From Balanoglossus misakiensis (taxonomy: Eukaryota > Animalia > Hemichordata): a DNA stretch of 64,000 bases. The translations under genes were made by a program, and so were the position numbers. The stretch covers positions 434,001-498,000 of the forward strand of contig CM082593.2 in assembly GCA_040954595.2 (NCBI GenBank), read 5' to 3'. The notes beneath the pieces were generated by a model that was not told where the DNA came from, ran no database searches, and saw only the letters and a program-made list of their open reading frames with translations. Of the stretch, positions 40,612-55,259 are shown piece after piece (position 1 is the first letter of the stretch; every line of letters begins with the position of its first letter).

Positions 40612-41031
40612 ATGGTACAGATGTATTTTTATGAAAACTGCGGAGGCTGTTGCCGAAAACTCATCACCAAAATTGGATGTCCGACGAAAATATTATTGTA
40701 CCCGTATGAAGGCTGGGCTGCATCTGCAATGCACGTCTACTGGACTTTGAAAACGAAATGGTGGAGTCGATCGCGGTGCAAAATTATTGAGGTCTGCGCC
40801 GGCAGAAAGAGGTCGACAAAGGCCAGAATTTACGACGATGGGAACGGACTGATGTTTATTACAGGGTACTTCAAGGAGAGCAAATTGCCCGATTTTGAGC
40901 TGGTTCTAACATCTCACGTGACCAAACAAGACTTCCAGGCCGGTTACATTTTAACAGGTACCCTAGAACGAGGACACAAACATCTGGGCGACATGCAATT
41001 GACACATTTTGCTATGATACAGAGAAAGTGA
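40612..41031 (+). CDS. Uncharacterised ~139-aa protein (single coding exon)
   Basis: First ATG (aacattATGG, good Kozak context) within a longer open frame: MVQMYFYENCGGCCRKLITKIGCPTKILLYPYEGW...YW...WW...DDGNGLMFITGYF...DFQAGYILTGTLERG...THFAMIQRK*. Protein-like composition with alternating beta-strand patterns and GC content above the flanks. No family recognised. Confidence 0.7.
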   Translation: MVQMYFYENCGGCCRKLITKIGCPTKILLYPYEGWAASAMHVYWTLKTKWWSRSRCKIIEVCAGRKRSTKARIYDDGNGLMFITGYFKESKLPDFELVLTSHVTKQDFQAGYILTGTLERGHKHLGDMQLTHFAMIQRK

Positions 41032-43609
41032 CACGTTTCCGAAACGAACAAATGAGACATGATTGCCATGAGGAAATGATGCTTTTTTGCAGTATAGAAT
41101 CAAAATACTGGAGACCCAAACACGCGAGTCAGACAAGTACAAAACGCCAATTAACAAATGTAATCCAATATTGATTTTTAGTATATCTGCTTTTCGAGTA
41201 TAATTGTGCTGATTTTATGGTCACTTATCATAATTTCATTCTTTTGAAGAAATAATATGAAATATGATCACTTTTGTACATATCTGAACTGTTATAGGCG
41301 AAGAGAATGGAACTCTCTTTGCTGAGAAAATTGTAATTTGATATAAAAGTACGTCAGTGGTAATACCACAGGCACAATTATTGTACAGGGACCCTGATCT
41401 CCTGAGGTTGACCTCTATTTTCATGTGGGTTTGTCAAGCTATAAGATAGCATTCTCTGTTTTCTGTTTCAAAACAGTTCTTTTCATTCCAGTGTGAAAGT
41501 CCACAATTCCTGTAGGTGAATATGTGTATATGTGAGTATTCAAAATACGTGTGTATCTGTCATCCATCAGTGAGGCTGTTAAGAAATAATGTGAGACTAT
41601 TTATAGAACATTACATCATCCTCTAATGTAGCGCTGACTGACGTCGATTTTCAGCTGTGGTAATGTGCATTTCAATACAATTTCTCGGTGTACTAATAAC
41701 ACTTCACTATCATTCAATTTTTACGACTTTAGGCTGTGTCGGCATGCAGTGTTATTAAGGTCAACAGTGGGAAAAAAATTGATGCAAATTATATCTTACA
41801 GAGCCGGTATCTGAGTTTTAAAATATGCCAATGGAAAAATTATTCATTTCTTACTTCTATTTATTATAAAACCCGAATGATAAATCATTACATGAGCGAA
41901 TTGGGTGTTACGGACATTTGTAGTAAATGGTACGTGCATGGAATTTACCGATGGACTCGCTCTAGGGAATTCATGAACAGTGATCACTGTCATAATTTCC
42001 TCGACAATTCATTCAGAGGCACCTGGGTAACCATCAAATGTGTTTGAAAAATTGTCATGCTGGGTTGTCTGAGGTAATTACTTTATTTCGTCGAAAACAG
42101 GAGATTGTTGTCCAGACGCTGATCGAGCAATAAAACAACAAAATTTTGCTGGTTGTTTAGCTGATTTATAAATTTGCCACCATTTATTTTTGTTCGTGTC
42201 ACTGACAGGAGAAAAGAGCAGCACAAAATGGACACACATACCGGTACAGTGGGTCTTTCGTGTATTGCTATTCGAATCAATATCGTCAAGAGGTTCCATT
42301 GCAAAATCTGTAGGAATTTAGCTTACGTGTGACCCGATAGTTATAAGTCTTTCAAAATAATTGAATGACGGCCGCAATGACATGTCCGCTCTGCAGACAA
42401 GAATCTTAGTGAGTGAATGCCAGTAAGTGGCACGTCTCTTATATATAACAATAATTGAAATTTAGATTCTATAGCAGAAAAAACACAGCGATATATAAAA
42501 GCTTGCCAACTGGGTAATAAAAGTGCAGGTTATACAAGGTTTGATTTACAGACGTGTAACCTTGGACTTCTCTACCTAGGTCATTGCATTTGATATTGGA
42601 TGACATCTGAGCAAGTGAAGGTCCCGTTCACCTTTTGATGCACATGACTCATGCTTTGGCAACAGAAATGTCTACAATTCAACCACCAGGCGCAATATAC
42701 ACATTCTTGATCGATGGTTGTTGTTCAAAAAAGGAAGCAAAGGGCAAAGTAATAATGTATAACCATTAATATGTGACACCTTATAGTTGATTGCAGTTGA
42801 TCCTTTAGTCGACAATACACCTACAGCCGAAAGTTCCCTTGTTGACAAATAGGCATATTTGAACTCGGAAGACAGGTATACCTAGACAGTGTTTTGATGG
42901 AATCATGTTTGGTTCACCTAACTCTCACAAAGGTCTTTGTTGTGCTATAGCTCTGATGCGATCGTCGATTACTGCTGTGTATAACTTGCAAAGCGAGAGA
43001 TAGACACCATTATTAACCTCCGGTATCTAGTTGCCATGGAGATAAACGACCACTCACTCACATCATGCCGCGGTTAAATAATCAGCAATTTCGCGTTCAG
43101 TTTGGAAGATCTTTTCCGTCCATTCAACCCGAACGCTACATAGAAATCGGAGCTACTCACCAAAATTCATTGTTTAATATTCACAGGTCCTTTTAGTAAT
43201 TCATTTTTGTGTTGGAGGGCTCCAAATGTAAAGTGTTGGCTCGTTTTATTTATTGGTCAGGTATTGGTCCAGCTCACATTCATTCGTGTCAGCAACATAA
43301 CTCTGTGTCACATGAATAATAAGTTATAATATCAATGAATTATAAATGTATTTCTTCTTCAGAGCTATTGAGAGTTATTTAATGAAATGTACTGTACAAA
43401 CTTTTGAATATAAACTAAAGACTGTTATATATATTTGATACATTTATGCTTGAACGTTTATGCAAATTTTGATTTGAATAATTTTGCCGGGGGCAGCTTC
43501 TGTCCACTGCCATTTCTGTGTTTTCTGGCGTCAATTGTATCTTGATTTGCAATAAAGAGAGAAAACTAAACTAAAATATTAAACTATGATGAGAATACAT
43601 TTTATTTCT

Positions 43610-43636
43610 GACAGACAGACAGACAGACAAACAGAC
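43610..43636. repeat. (GACA)n microsatellite
   Basis: Five perfect GACA units followed by AACAGAC. Confidence 0.8.
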
Positions 43637-46600
43637 TATATAGGTTTGCATCAATTACAATGCAATAAACATTCAAACAAGACCGGCACAAAGCTCTGTC
43701 GACATCTGCGAATGATGGCAGATCAATTCAATTTGACGTAACAGATATGCCCGCCATCTAAAATGGCGGGATAATTTCTGACAGCTCAAAGTTAAATAAC
43801 AAATGACAACATCGATCGGTGATGACAATAGTGCAAATGAAGGTGGTAATCTAATAAGGGACGTGGTGCAATGCTTCAAAACGCACTGGCTCTAATTGTT
43901 CATCAGCTCTGTTATCTCCTTTCAATCAACTAATATCAATTTGAAAAGGTTTTGACCTTTGCTAAGCATTAATTCAGTTTCTTAGTCCTATTTCCCTGTG
44001 GTTCCTGTGTCATATCACACAAGACTCACTGTGAAGTTTTGGATAATTAAGTAGAATATTGCATCGTGAGCAGATGGAACAGTTTGCATGAACCCCATGA
44101 GCTGTAAACAAGATACCCTTGTTGTATATACCAAAGCATTGGTTTAGTAACTATCTATTGTATCCAGTGCAGCTACACTTTTGTAACTATTTTAATTTTG
44201 AAAATAGGCTCATAATCGAGTTTGTCATTACTTCAAACATGTCATTATATTGTTTCCATAGCAACAGTGCCCGCTTGTCTCTATCCGGTTTTCATGGTGA
44301 GAGTAATAATTATGACAAATACAGCGTGAATGCAAGAAGAAATGCACCCACATGAAACGAGAATTACACAAAGTGTTTGATGCAAACATTGCTAGTTGAG
44401 TGCATGTGTTTCCATGGCAACTTGGGGCCTTGTTGAGCAAGTTTGGAGGGACATATTTGCTCTGCTTTGATGTACATGTCAAGCCATCTTTGATTGGATG
44501 TTCTACATGTTTCATGTGAATATGCAAATAACGCTAGGCGTGTCTTATGGACGTGCAAAGTATTATGCAAAAATCATACTCATAAAACGGAGAAAGGTAT
44601 TATTATACCATATGTCGGTCTCTATTTATCTAATAAATGTATTCACTCTTCACAATCATGGAAGGCATAGGAGTGAGATTTGTCGGTAAATCAAAAGAAT
44701 TTCCTACATCATAAATTTATGTTCCATTACCCGATATCAAACGACAACCAATTACTCTCGACGAGAGGTTCAATCAATTTTTTATTGCTTCATACTATTC
44801 TCGAATCACATGTAACGTGTCTAACACATTCCCTGGTCTCTCAAAAGCATAATGATGAAAAAATATCAATATTAAAAGTTCGGGTTATTCTTAGTGTGAC
44901 GATTATTGATTTCTTGTAGTGAGATTCGATATCCTCGCCGGTTGTTCCAAACTTATTTACATTACATACAGGATGTGTCTCAGTGTAGTTAGTGGACTCG
45001 CCCAGGCATGGAAAAAGTTTACGAAACTTATGTTATTATCCGGGGATAATTAATCCGCTTCATTAGCGACAGGAAGTTGACAATTACAACGATGCTGATA
45101 GAAAGTTAATTAGAGTTGGAGTATTTAGGGTAAACGGAAGTAAACAACCATGCTTTTACTAGTAAGCGATAACACTTTAGTATCTCTTTTAACCAGAATG
45201 ATATGTAAATTGCAGGTACTCTCTGACCATTAATACACATATATCTATTACAGGTAACTTTTAAGGTCCAAGATGTGATCGTTTGACTTTATGTTGGCTA
45301 ATGTTTGTTTCATGATAGAGGGTATTTTGACTGCATTATGCTGAATTGGTTGTTTTAGCTCTCTGCTCATGCCTGCTTCTAGACTCAGAAGGATATTTTA
45401 TCACCGACACAGTCATTTTATGATACAAGCTAAGATATTGATGGAATTAATGAATTTGAATTGTTGCATTAGTAGTGTAAAGTGCCAAGAATAGGAAAAA
45501 ATTTCACCGTGGTTACTTCATTACGTAATATTCAGGTATCTATGTTGGTCTATCATCAGATTATTATTTTGAACTACCAATTTCCTTTTCAATCTCCATA
45601 ACTTTACAGAGGTCAAATGAGCTGACGATCAGGGTATGTAGCTCACCACAGACATCCAATTTCAATCTTTCGTATATAATTTAGAGTCTATTACCAATTC
45701 CCTTTCTCCTTATTTGTATTCAACACTTAACTCCAGCGACACACGCATTGGTTTTCGCCTGAATAGTTTCTCAGCACTGGCTATTAAGGGTGAGTCATTT
45801 CTCTGTGTCGATCAATAGGGACTGAAATTCACATAGCAAACTATCCCCTAGCTGAATCTCTGATTGACGTCGATGTCAGTCTTTGGAACACACATCGGAC
45901 CGACAGCTTTGGGTTACACTTTACCGAAGAGCCATCTACACGCAAAGAGTTAATCGCTACATTTCCAGGGACTGCACAAATCAAAACAAGCTTAACGTTT
46001 CTTCATGACAAGCGTATTAAGTATTGTATTGCCATGGTAACAACTGCTTTGCTGAAATTACTTTGGTTCTGTCAACCACACCTACTACATGCTTGATTTG
46101 AACTCGTTTTCCGGCTATGCACTTTCTGTAAGCACGTTGAAAGCATTTACCCGTGGGTGTATAGACTTGGACGTTGAGCGGTTTGGTCAAAAATTTGGTC
46201 ATGCATGCCGCAACATCCTCCAAATGAAATGGTGTTGTACCTGTAAATAGCAGCTGCGCGCAATCCACAAAAACCTTCTTCAATTACAATTTCCTTTCAT
46301 AAAATCAAATCTGCATGATTATATGCCATAAATATTAAGTTATCTGTGACCACAATAGGAGCTGAAATCGCACATCTGATAAAGATGGGGAAGGTTTTTT
46401 TTTTATATCCACATTCAATCCCATTGACTGGTGAGGAGGCTGCGAATTCGCACTTGTCCCCCCTTTCAGTAAAGTGGACTTGTTTAAAGTTTACATGCCT
46501 ATGATCGGCTAAACTGAGATGTACAATCTTCATGATGTGCTCAACGACACACTATCGAAGGAGAAACTCTGCCACAATTCGTGAGCCTTCCTTTTCAGTC

Positions 46601-48852
46601 GCGATGATGTTACAGTCGATGAAATATTCAAATTAAATAAAGAATTGGCCTGTAGGTTCGTCTTCTAAAGCGGATATGAGTTTCTTTAATGAACTGAACG
46701 CATACATGAAGAGTGTGTAGTGAAAAAGAGAATATTATAGGACAGTGTTTTCCCCTGTGCATTCTATAAATTGGCCGACATGGAATTCAATTAGTGTGTG
46801 TCTGTATGTATAAGTTTAGAAAGTCTCCTTTACTGACGTGTGCATATCAATTTTGTTTGGCTGTGAGTAAAATTACGTGGACTGACAAAGATGTAAATTT
46901 TACCGTTAATGTAATTTATTTACAACAAGGTGATAGGTCTGGTCAGTTTCTTTGACGCTAGGCACAACATGCGAAGTGTGATTAATAGAGTTATTTTATG
47001 ACCCTTTTAGGGTAACTGAAGTGATGGGTGTAGGAAATGATTATCAATATACGAGTAAAAAGTTGGTGGTGGTGGTGCTGGTGATGATGATATTATGAAA
47101 CATTTGATATCGTCAAGTTTTCTTCCTCCATTTTGTGATTTAAAATATTTTCAATCTGGATAGCGGAATGGCACAGTTAAGGGGTTTTCGAATCATATTC
47201 TATGAAAGCCAACTTCTTTTCTCTTATTTGCCCGGGAGTAAACGTTCCAAACCTATGTTAAATCAGAATGATAATACATTAAATATTCATAACTCATGTT
47301 TCTCAATTTTTCAGATTTCGACCTATGAACCGAATAAAAAATATATTTCCTGATCGTAAACGCTTGTTACAGCAGTAATATGCATGAGATAACGATGCCA
47401 TAAAACATAACTGCTTGTTAAATTTATGAATTCGATAATGTGGGGATTGGTAGTTATGGCAGCAAATGTGTTCTGAGCCAGGAACAAAATGAACATTGTT
47501 AAAGGAAGTGACTCAAAATGTCCACAACATATTGTCTCTGGCGTCATAGTCGGTAATTTGATCATGACCATGTCACTAACTTACTTTACCTATAGTATGA
47601 TGACAACCACGATATCATATGCATCCCGAGAGAGAAGATAGATGTCGGATCTGTTTTCTTACGAATTCCCACTTCGGGGTTCGTCTTGTGTTACATGTCA
47701 GGTTGGACGGCTGGTAATGTGTTTCATATTGAATATTTAATCACAGAATGGTGAGGACTTGTGCAGGTTGTACGGCTAACTTGCATGAATTGTTCTTTGT
47801 AATGTCTAATGTCCGTAATAGATTACTAGTACTTTATTACATGATGACAAATCTGTCTTTACTTTACAGTCATTGATTGGGTGACATTTCCAAATCAACC
47901 TACCCTCTCTCTAATTGCTCTATCGGAATCTCTTCCTCCGGAAGAGAAATTTTCAGATAAATGGAAATTCCTGCTTCCCTACAAGCGACAGAGAAATGAA
48001 AAGAGCAAAGATTCAGAGTAATATGAAATTTCTAGGTTTTCTTTCGGCAGAGATTAAGACATGACGCAGGTTTTAACATTTCCCGCCAATATCACCTGGT
48101 GGACTGGCGGCAGAATGAGCAAAGACTGTCGTATGCACGATTTCTTATGCGGAAAATCATGATATGTCAACCACATCATGAAGTGTCTCTCAGTTATATC
48201 CATATACCCAAGTAATACATGTAAAAGTTTCATAAATATTTAATTCACATTTTCCCCGGCAGGAAATTTAAATAACTGAAGCGTGAAAACTAACACACGA
48301 TCCAGAGAATTTCTGATTTTGATTACGTCACAAGCCGGATACCAAGTTCTTATCTTACAGGACTTGCCAAACAGTAAAGGTGTTGGAATCGATTTTTCAT
48401 CCAAATGTCAATTTACTTGGTTCGTATCTTTAAAATACGTGTTCGGGTTGATAATAGGTTTGTTTAGAAATGTCGTAAGCAAAGAAAACAGAGTAGAAAA
48501 TCAATGTTTTCTTGGGACCACGAGTATGTCTCCGCGTTGGCGGCAGTGGGCGATCGACGAATGTCTTTGTACCTCTGCAGAAAGCATTTCAGCGTTTGTT
48601 TATTTTTGTTCCTCCGGAGATGTTAGCTGAAGACAGTTTAATCAAAATCACGTTTCTAACAGAAATAAGCTTAATTACTCTAACAGAGGTGCAGCCAATG
48701 CATGGATGCTCTCATTACACATGCATTCATGGGTCATGTGTCAGTGTAATATTCACATGTCAATCACTACGAGTCAAACAGCTGCGTAGTTTGATTTGAT
48801 GAAGAGAAATAAATCTGTCAGTGAAAAATAAATCCAGTTTCTCAGTCTTGTG

Positions 48853-48976
48853 TGACGTTATATCACAGTCATTAAATCCCACTTTCTGTGACGTCACTGG
48901 AAATCGTGCGTCGTTTACAGGGGAGTTTCGTACGTCACATCACTCCGTGAGAGTAGAGGGTTTACACAAGATATAA
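48853..48976. promoter_or_regulatory. Cluster of CRE/ATF-type sites (candidate enhancer or promoter)
   Basis: Palindromic GTGACGTCAC at 48888-48897, half-sites TGACG (48853) and CGTCA (48933), and ATATAA at 48971-48976, all in a locally CpG-rich patch. Confidence 0.3.
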
Positions 48977-51900
48977 GAGAGGGATTAAACTAAGATGGAA
49001 AGGGTCGGACACTTGAGCAGGGAAGTGTTTTTCCAGTTCAAGAGGATCAAAATTGACTTTTTGTTATGGGAATGCTGCGCTTGCGCAGATCTGCTGATGA
49101 TCCAGACTATATGCGATCGCGTGGGTCAGCGGTAACACCTGCTGTTGATCGATATTTCACGACAGAACATTTTTCCCACAGGAGGTATGGCATAGGTCTG
49201 AATTACGTGAGTGTAGATACTGCATCGACAATCTGTGAAACCGCTTTGAACACCGTAATTGGACATCTGCGAATTACGACAGGATCGATAAGTTTGGCTG
49301 AAGTTCGATGATAACTATCTTGAGGAAGGACGTGTCAAGATAAATTACTTTGATTCAACCTAGACATTCTCTGGGCTGTTTTTCAAATACTTAACAAAAT
49401 TATGCTCATGAAAGTCTTACAAGACTTTTCTATGTTCTAATTCCAAATGCTGCTGCCCATCAACGATTTGAATCTCGACTTTATGTCGGTAGACATCACC
49501 CATTTCCATTGATTGTCCTTCTCAGCATATGTTACTATTTAGTTGCTAGATGTAGAAGTCACATTCGCCCCAAAGGAACTCCAGAAATACCTGATAAGTA
49601 ATCTGCATTGATTTAATCGACGTTTCAAATCGATCAGAAATTTTAAATTGCCAATATACTATGGTCATTTGTGTTATATTAGCATTAACTGAGCTTGAAA
49701 ATGATATCCATCTATTTGTAGATTTCAGTTTGGCGTTTAATTCGACAAGGGTAGTTACACTTTATTCTATGATACCCTTATTTTGTACTTTCAAGTTGAT
49801 AGAATATGCAAAAAGGAAGCTTTTGATTTCGTTCTTGACGACCGGTCATAATTGCGACTTTCACCCTAGAGTCGCAGTTGTCTCAATTAATCCGGAATTT
49901 TTTAAGGATTGATTTTTCAGGTCAAATAAACATGCAAGCACCTAGGAAACAAATTAGATCAAATCAGTCATGTTGTGGAAATCAAATAAGCACAGTCAGT
50001 GACACTAAGTAGAATTGATTAAATTGTGTATTCAGATGAGAAATGGATAATGTCTTATCTTTGAGACTTTTCTGCAGTCACTCGGATGCAATCAATGCGC
50101 TTGTCGATGGGCAATCTTCCTTCATGTCAGATTACAAACCTTTCAGCTTAGTAGTTCCAGAACTTACTTTTACTCGTAACCTTTAATTATGGGATTTTGG
50201 CCACTATAAGTAACATGCACCGATGTCATCTGAATAAATACACAAAAACAAGAAGTGTTTGGTAGCATATCAATGTTTATTGGAACAAGGATCTGCAATT
50301 TGGGAGATGGGTGTATCAACCTATTAAACCCAGCAGTACGACTTGAACAATGAAGTGGTGGGTGGTGTGATCACTATTGCCTACTTGGTGATCACGTGTT
50401 TCTCCTCCGGTCGTATTCTATATAGAGGGCGTTGTCTAGGGAACTAATTCGCATCTGTGTCTTCGGAGCAAAAAGGGCCATGGTTGGATGATAATGAGAA
50501 ACGTGGAAAACATGGTTGTTGTGTTAAATATTTAAATGACAGTAATATGTAGCCTGGGGATGATAATACTGGTTTTACGATGTAGAAAATTACTGTCAGA
50601 AATTGCTGCAAGGGTCATGTTGTCCGAGGTTTTAAAGAAAGTGGTTTGAATATTGATAACTGAAAATTAAAAATATATTCAAGTTAACTATAATTTCAGA
50701 CAAAATACCTGCAAATATTTATAATATGTGATAAAATGATAGAGAATGTTTCATAAAATGTAAGCCTATATCGCCGCGAGGTAGCGGCATGCAACCGACC
50801 AACACGACATGACGATGTCGCGACAGCGATCTCACTCTTGGCGCCTTTTGCGCATGACTGAAACTTCCGAGACAAAAATTGAAGAAAATGTGGACATTCG
50901 GAAAGCGGATATCGAAAACCAAAATGAGGTCACTGGAGGTCGTTTTTAAAGTGATTCAATTGTATTATGAGAACATTCCCATAATCAGTGAAAGATTGAA
51001 TGCAATTCCAAAATGTCTAAGATGATCTCCGCGACCTTACTGATCGAAAAAGCGCTCTGTTTAAAAGTCAAACATGATTCTTCGATGGAAACTAAATTCT
51101 GCTTCAAATCGACGAATTAGGCTTACTCAAGTTAACCGGAATCTTGGCGCCAGAACATACAAGCAGTCTCAGATTGAATAAAATAAGGGTATTTTGTGAA
51201 AAACGGGAAAAAACACAAAAAAACAAGCCAGAACAGACCAACATTTCTTTGTATTCAGGAAAGTGCTTTTTTTCACTAAATGTTACTTATATACATATTT
51301 TCTAATTTGATGACAATCATGCTAATATCTCTGTATGTTTTCAGGTTTACATTTATTTTAATTAAGAAACTATAATATCTATCCTATGAACAGAAGCACC
51401 AAAATACGTTTGGCATGCTGGGATGGGATGAAAAGTAGTGCCATATCAACTCAAACATTCCATTTTCTATTCTGCATGCGTCATACTGTCTATTGAAAAT
51501 TGAAATTTCTTTTAACGTTGCTCATTCCTCTAACTCAATTGAACATATTGTCAGCTTTAGTTGTGTCATTCTTGTTCTTGTCTGATCAGAACTGATTATT
51601 GTGAGGATTTTGTTGAATACATGGATCTGGGATTCAACCTCCGACTATGCATTATATGCACCGGATTAGTATCGCTAAATCCCTGCTAAACCTCAAAAAT
51701 CACAGAGTGACTGTCAAACTACATTATGGAACAAGCGATCAAATTTCATATGACCGGGACACATGTCTGTTTCCCCAGAAACAGAACGAGTACATGGCTG
51801 TCTCAAGGGTACTTGTCAGACATAAGACACCAGGAAATTAGAAAGTCTGCAGGCAAGACAAAATTACACACAGAATATTTCATTAGAGAGTGTGTTGTTC

Positions 51901-54900
51901 TGATCCCCTTTGATCCTCAAGAGACGAAATGGTGTGCCCACACAACAATGTATTCAGACTTCGGGAGAGTAGGCCCAGCTTCGGTCTGAGATTGTTTGCT
52001 TGATGTCCATCAAATATGCATGGCACAAATGTCATTATGTTTCAGAAACACTGGGTTCAAAAACAACACCTGGACATTATATTACCTCTCAGACTGTTTC
52101 CGGTCCCTTTCTCGGCGAAATGCAGTCAAGGCCACTTTTACTCTGTGGGTTTCATATCTTAAAGGGGCATCTCGTCACTATACCTTGCTATCAATGATTT
52201 ATTACGGAAGCCATACACACAACACACGGACACGGTGTATATTACACATTAAAACAATACAATCACTGTGACTTGTCTGAAGCTATTAGGGTTTTCGTCG
52301 AAATTTGGTAGAACTGACAGACTAAGATCGTCTGAGAAGGATATTGGTTGTCATTTGAGGAGACTCTAGTATAGGGCATTTGTTAGTCTAATGGAATAGG
52401 CAGGGATGGTTATGGCAGGTGGGCGCCTTTATAACATTTAACTGTAGTCGATGTTCCCCCTAGCATTGTGTCTCAAACAGTCTTGATTGATTAAAATCTG
52501 TAGACCGAGCACACAAGCAAGTCACAACAAACTTGCATAGTGACTATGAAGCAGCTGATAACCACAGACAACCAGAGACAGTAGAACTAATAAAAACATA
52601 ATATATGTATGCCACGTGAAAACACCTAGGGCAATTAGCCACAACTATATACTACTACTGGTATGTCAATTACTAGTACACAAGAAACTGCAAAATCGTG
52701 CAGCCAAGAAGTAGCAAATACGGCTGAACAGAGGTTGTTTGAATCATACTGGTGTAAGTGGAAGAACAGGTACATGCCGTTGTTAACTAAAAGTGGAAAC
52801 ATTATACAATATCAAGTTGCATTTACCATCAATTTGATAGATGGGTTGACGGATAAAGTGTAGGTGTTTGATTGAGCATAACGACACAACGGGCATAAGT
52901 GCTCATGTAATTGCACTATAGCAGTGGTGGTCTTTCACATGGTATGACAACTAAAAATTCGTCAGATTGTTACCAAATGCTGAGACAAATTTCATTGGAA
53001 AGAATATGGTGACAGGATCATGCATGAGTAGCTGACTTCAAGGATTAATGCGAGGCAAGCATTCAATGGATCTTTGGTACTTTTGTGAATTACTTCATAT
53101 CGAAGTAGGTTCCCTCTGTGTTAATTTGGTCCGAGAGTAAATTAGTTGCCAAGAGTGATGGATCATCGTCATGCCACCTATATGGATAAGTCAGCATCAT
53201 TTTGCATGTCACCGTTTTGTGCTGTGTAGGTGGCCTGTCGATACCTCGAACTATGTCTACAATTATGGAACAAAATGGCACGGAAATTGTCCATAATTGG
53301 AACCGAAGATTGATTACAAATTGCACGGCGATTGCATGAAAATTGGGCATCATTGAAACTTTACACGCTAGACCTTTGTAATACATGTAAGTCACGCACA
53401 TTTGGGGATAATATGAAAACATGACTCACTCTGACAGAAACTCTAATTATGCACCAGTCCTATACAATAAATCAGCACACGAAAAAGTTTAACTGACAAA
53501 AGTCAATTTTTATTAATCTCACTTTCCTTCTGATCTATTAATTTACATATACATATATAGTCACGTGGTAATACATGGGAATATTAAATACTGTGTTATG
53601 ACAGACGTCGGCAAAAAGACAGACAGCAAGAGTGACAAATATCTTGTATTTTATGATGATGTTATCCTGTTGTCTTCCTGATTTTACTTGAGTACAATTG
53701 TTCTAGGGAATAAATATATGATATAAACATTTGTTTTCAACTTCCAAGCTAAGTTTACGACCTGAGAATAATTATTAAATTTCTTGTTACCACAGTAAAG
53801 GAAAATAAATTTAGTTCAAATGAATTCATGCCACTGTATGCGGAGAGAATAATTTTATTGACAACATAGTGTTATACCGGTATATTCTCATAGTAACATA
53901 CATGTGAACCTTTTTACATGTGACAAAAAGAACAGAATGACCCCAATCATCATCGGATTCAAAACAAATTACCCCTCCCTACTTAGAAAGTCAGAACTAA
54001 AGCTACCCTCATCAATCAGCCCTAACGATAACCCCGGCACCGTAGAAAGCTACCGGTCTTTTCAGTAACCTTTCCAAATGACCTTGCATGACTAAGGTGG
54101 GATTGTGCATATGACGGAGTGTGTTTGTATAGACAAGATGCATTACAAACTCTTGGTGAACTTACATTTAAAATATATCTTAAAAACAAGTTGAAAAGAT
54201 ACAGCCACTGAGGTTTCAATTCTTGTATCGATAATTTACATAAAATAGATACATATGATGTCACAACATGACTTGAACATTTGTTACATAACATAACTTT
54301 GTTCACTGTAGAGACAATTTACACAGATGAAAGTTAAAGAAAATCGACGACATAGCATGCGCAATTGATGAATATTACATATAGTAGAATATAGAATAGA
54401 ATCTGCTGTTCTATTGTCTCAAGTTTAAATATTTGGAATAAAATGGATAAGGTTATGTACAATACAAACATCACAACACTCCACGCGTCACACACATCTG
54501 TCGGAGCGTTAAGGATATTTCACACTGAAACATCAGAACTCGTATAGGTTTAGAATTCGACGACATGAAAGTGATGATGAAAGAGAGAATTTCTCATTAA
54601 GATAAGAAGAGAGTGAATGATTTCATTATTTATTTATTTTGGGGTGTCAGTGCAAGATTGTTTAGACACTGTGTGTGAAATACTGAGCGTGATGGCACAT
54701 CGCCCTCATGCAACCTCGAAGATTTTTGCTTTTGTACATAGCCCTCGATGAAAGAGGGCGCATTTTAAGATTTCCAGAAGACAGTCCCTTCTTGCTTTTG
54801 GGCCTCTATAGTTTTCTTCCATCATATCGGTTTCGAAATGATAAAATTGAAACGAGATGTATGGTATTTTCGAACTTGACCTGTTTTCATCACTGTAACC

Positions 54901-55067
54901 TACAATCTGTGGGGAATTCAGACATTCACAAGCATTAAAATATCACCTCAGAAAAAGTTCATTTGGATCTCGGTGAAAGTTTATCAAACAGCAACTGCAG
55001 AATGTCTCTTGCTAACCGCCCTCCGCGGTGGATCTGTAGTAACTGTGTTTTTCACGCTGCTTTCGTT

Positions 55068-55259
55068 TCAATGGCACGCACAAGTTTCAACAGCCATGTT
55101 CGGGTAAACCTTCAACACCACGTTTCTAGCGGCATCAAAGTACAGGATGCTGAGGGGTGATAGTTTGTCAGGAACGCAACACGGGGGTGGCACTCCCTTG
55201 ACAGCTTCTAATGCGTGCACTATGCTCTGCACGGCAGCATGGTTCGATGGGTTAAGCTC
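55068..55259 (-). CDS. BMP3: BMP3/GDF10-type precursor, exon 3 of 3 (C-terminal half of cystine knot)
   Basis: Acceptor aacag|GAG; hand translation [72 protein letters not shown] and [13 protein letters not shown] are BMP3/GDF10-type motifs. Total protein is 456 aa. Confidence 0.93.
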   Translation of the reverse strand, partial: ELNPSNHAAVQSIVHALEAVKGVPPPCCVPDKLSPLSILYFDAARNVVLKVYPNMAVETCACH

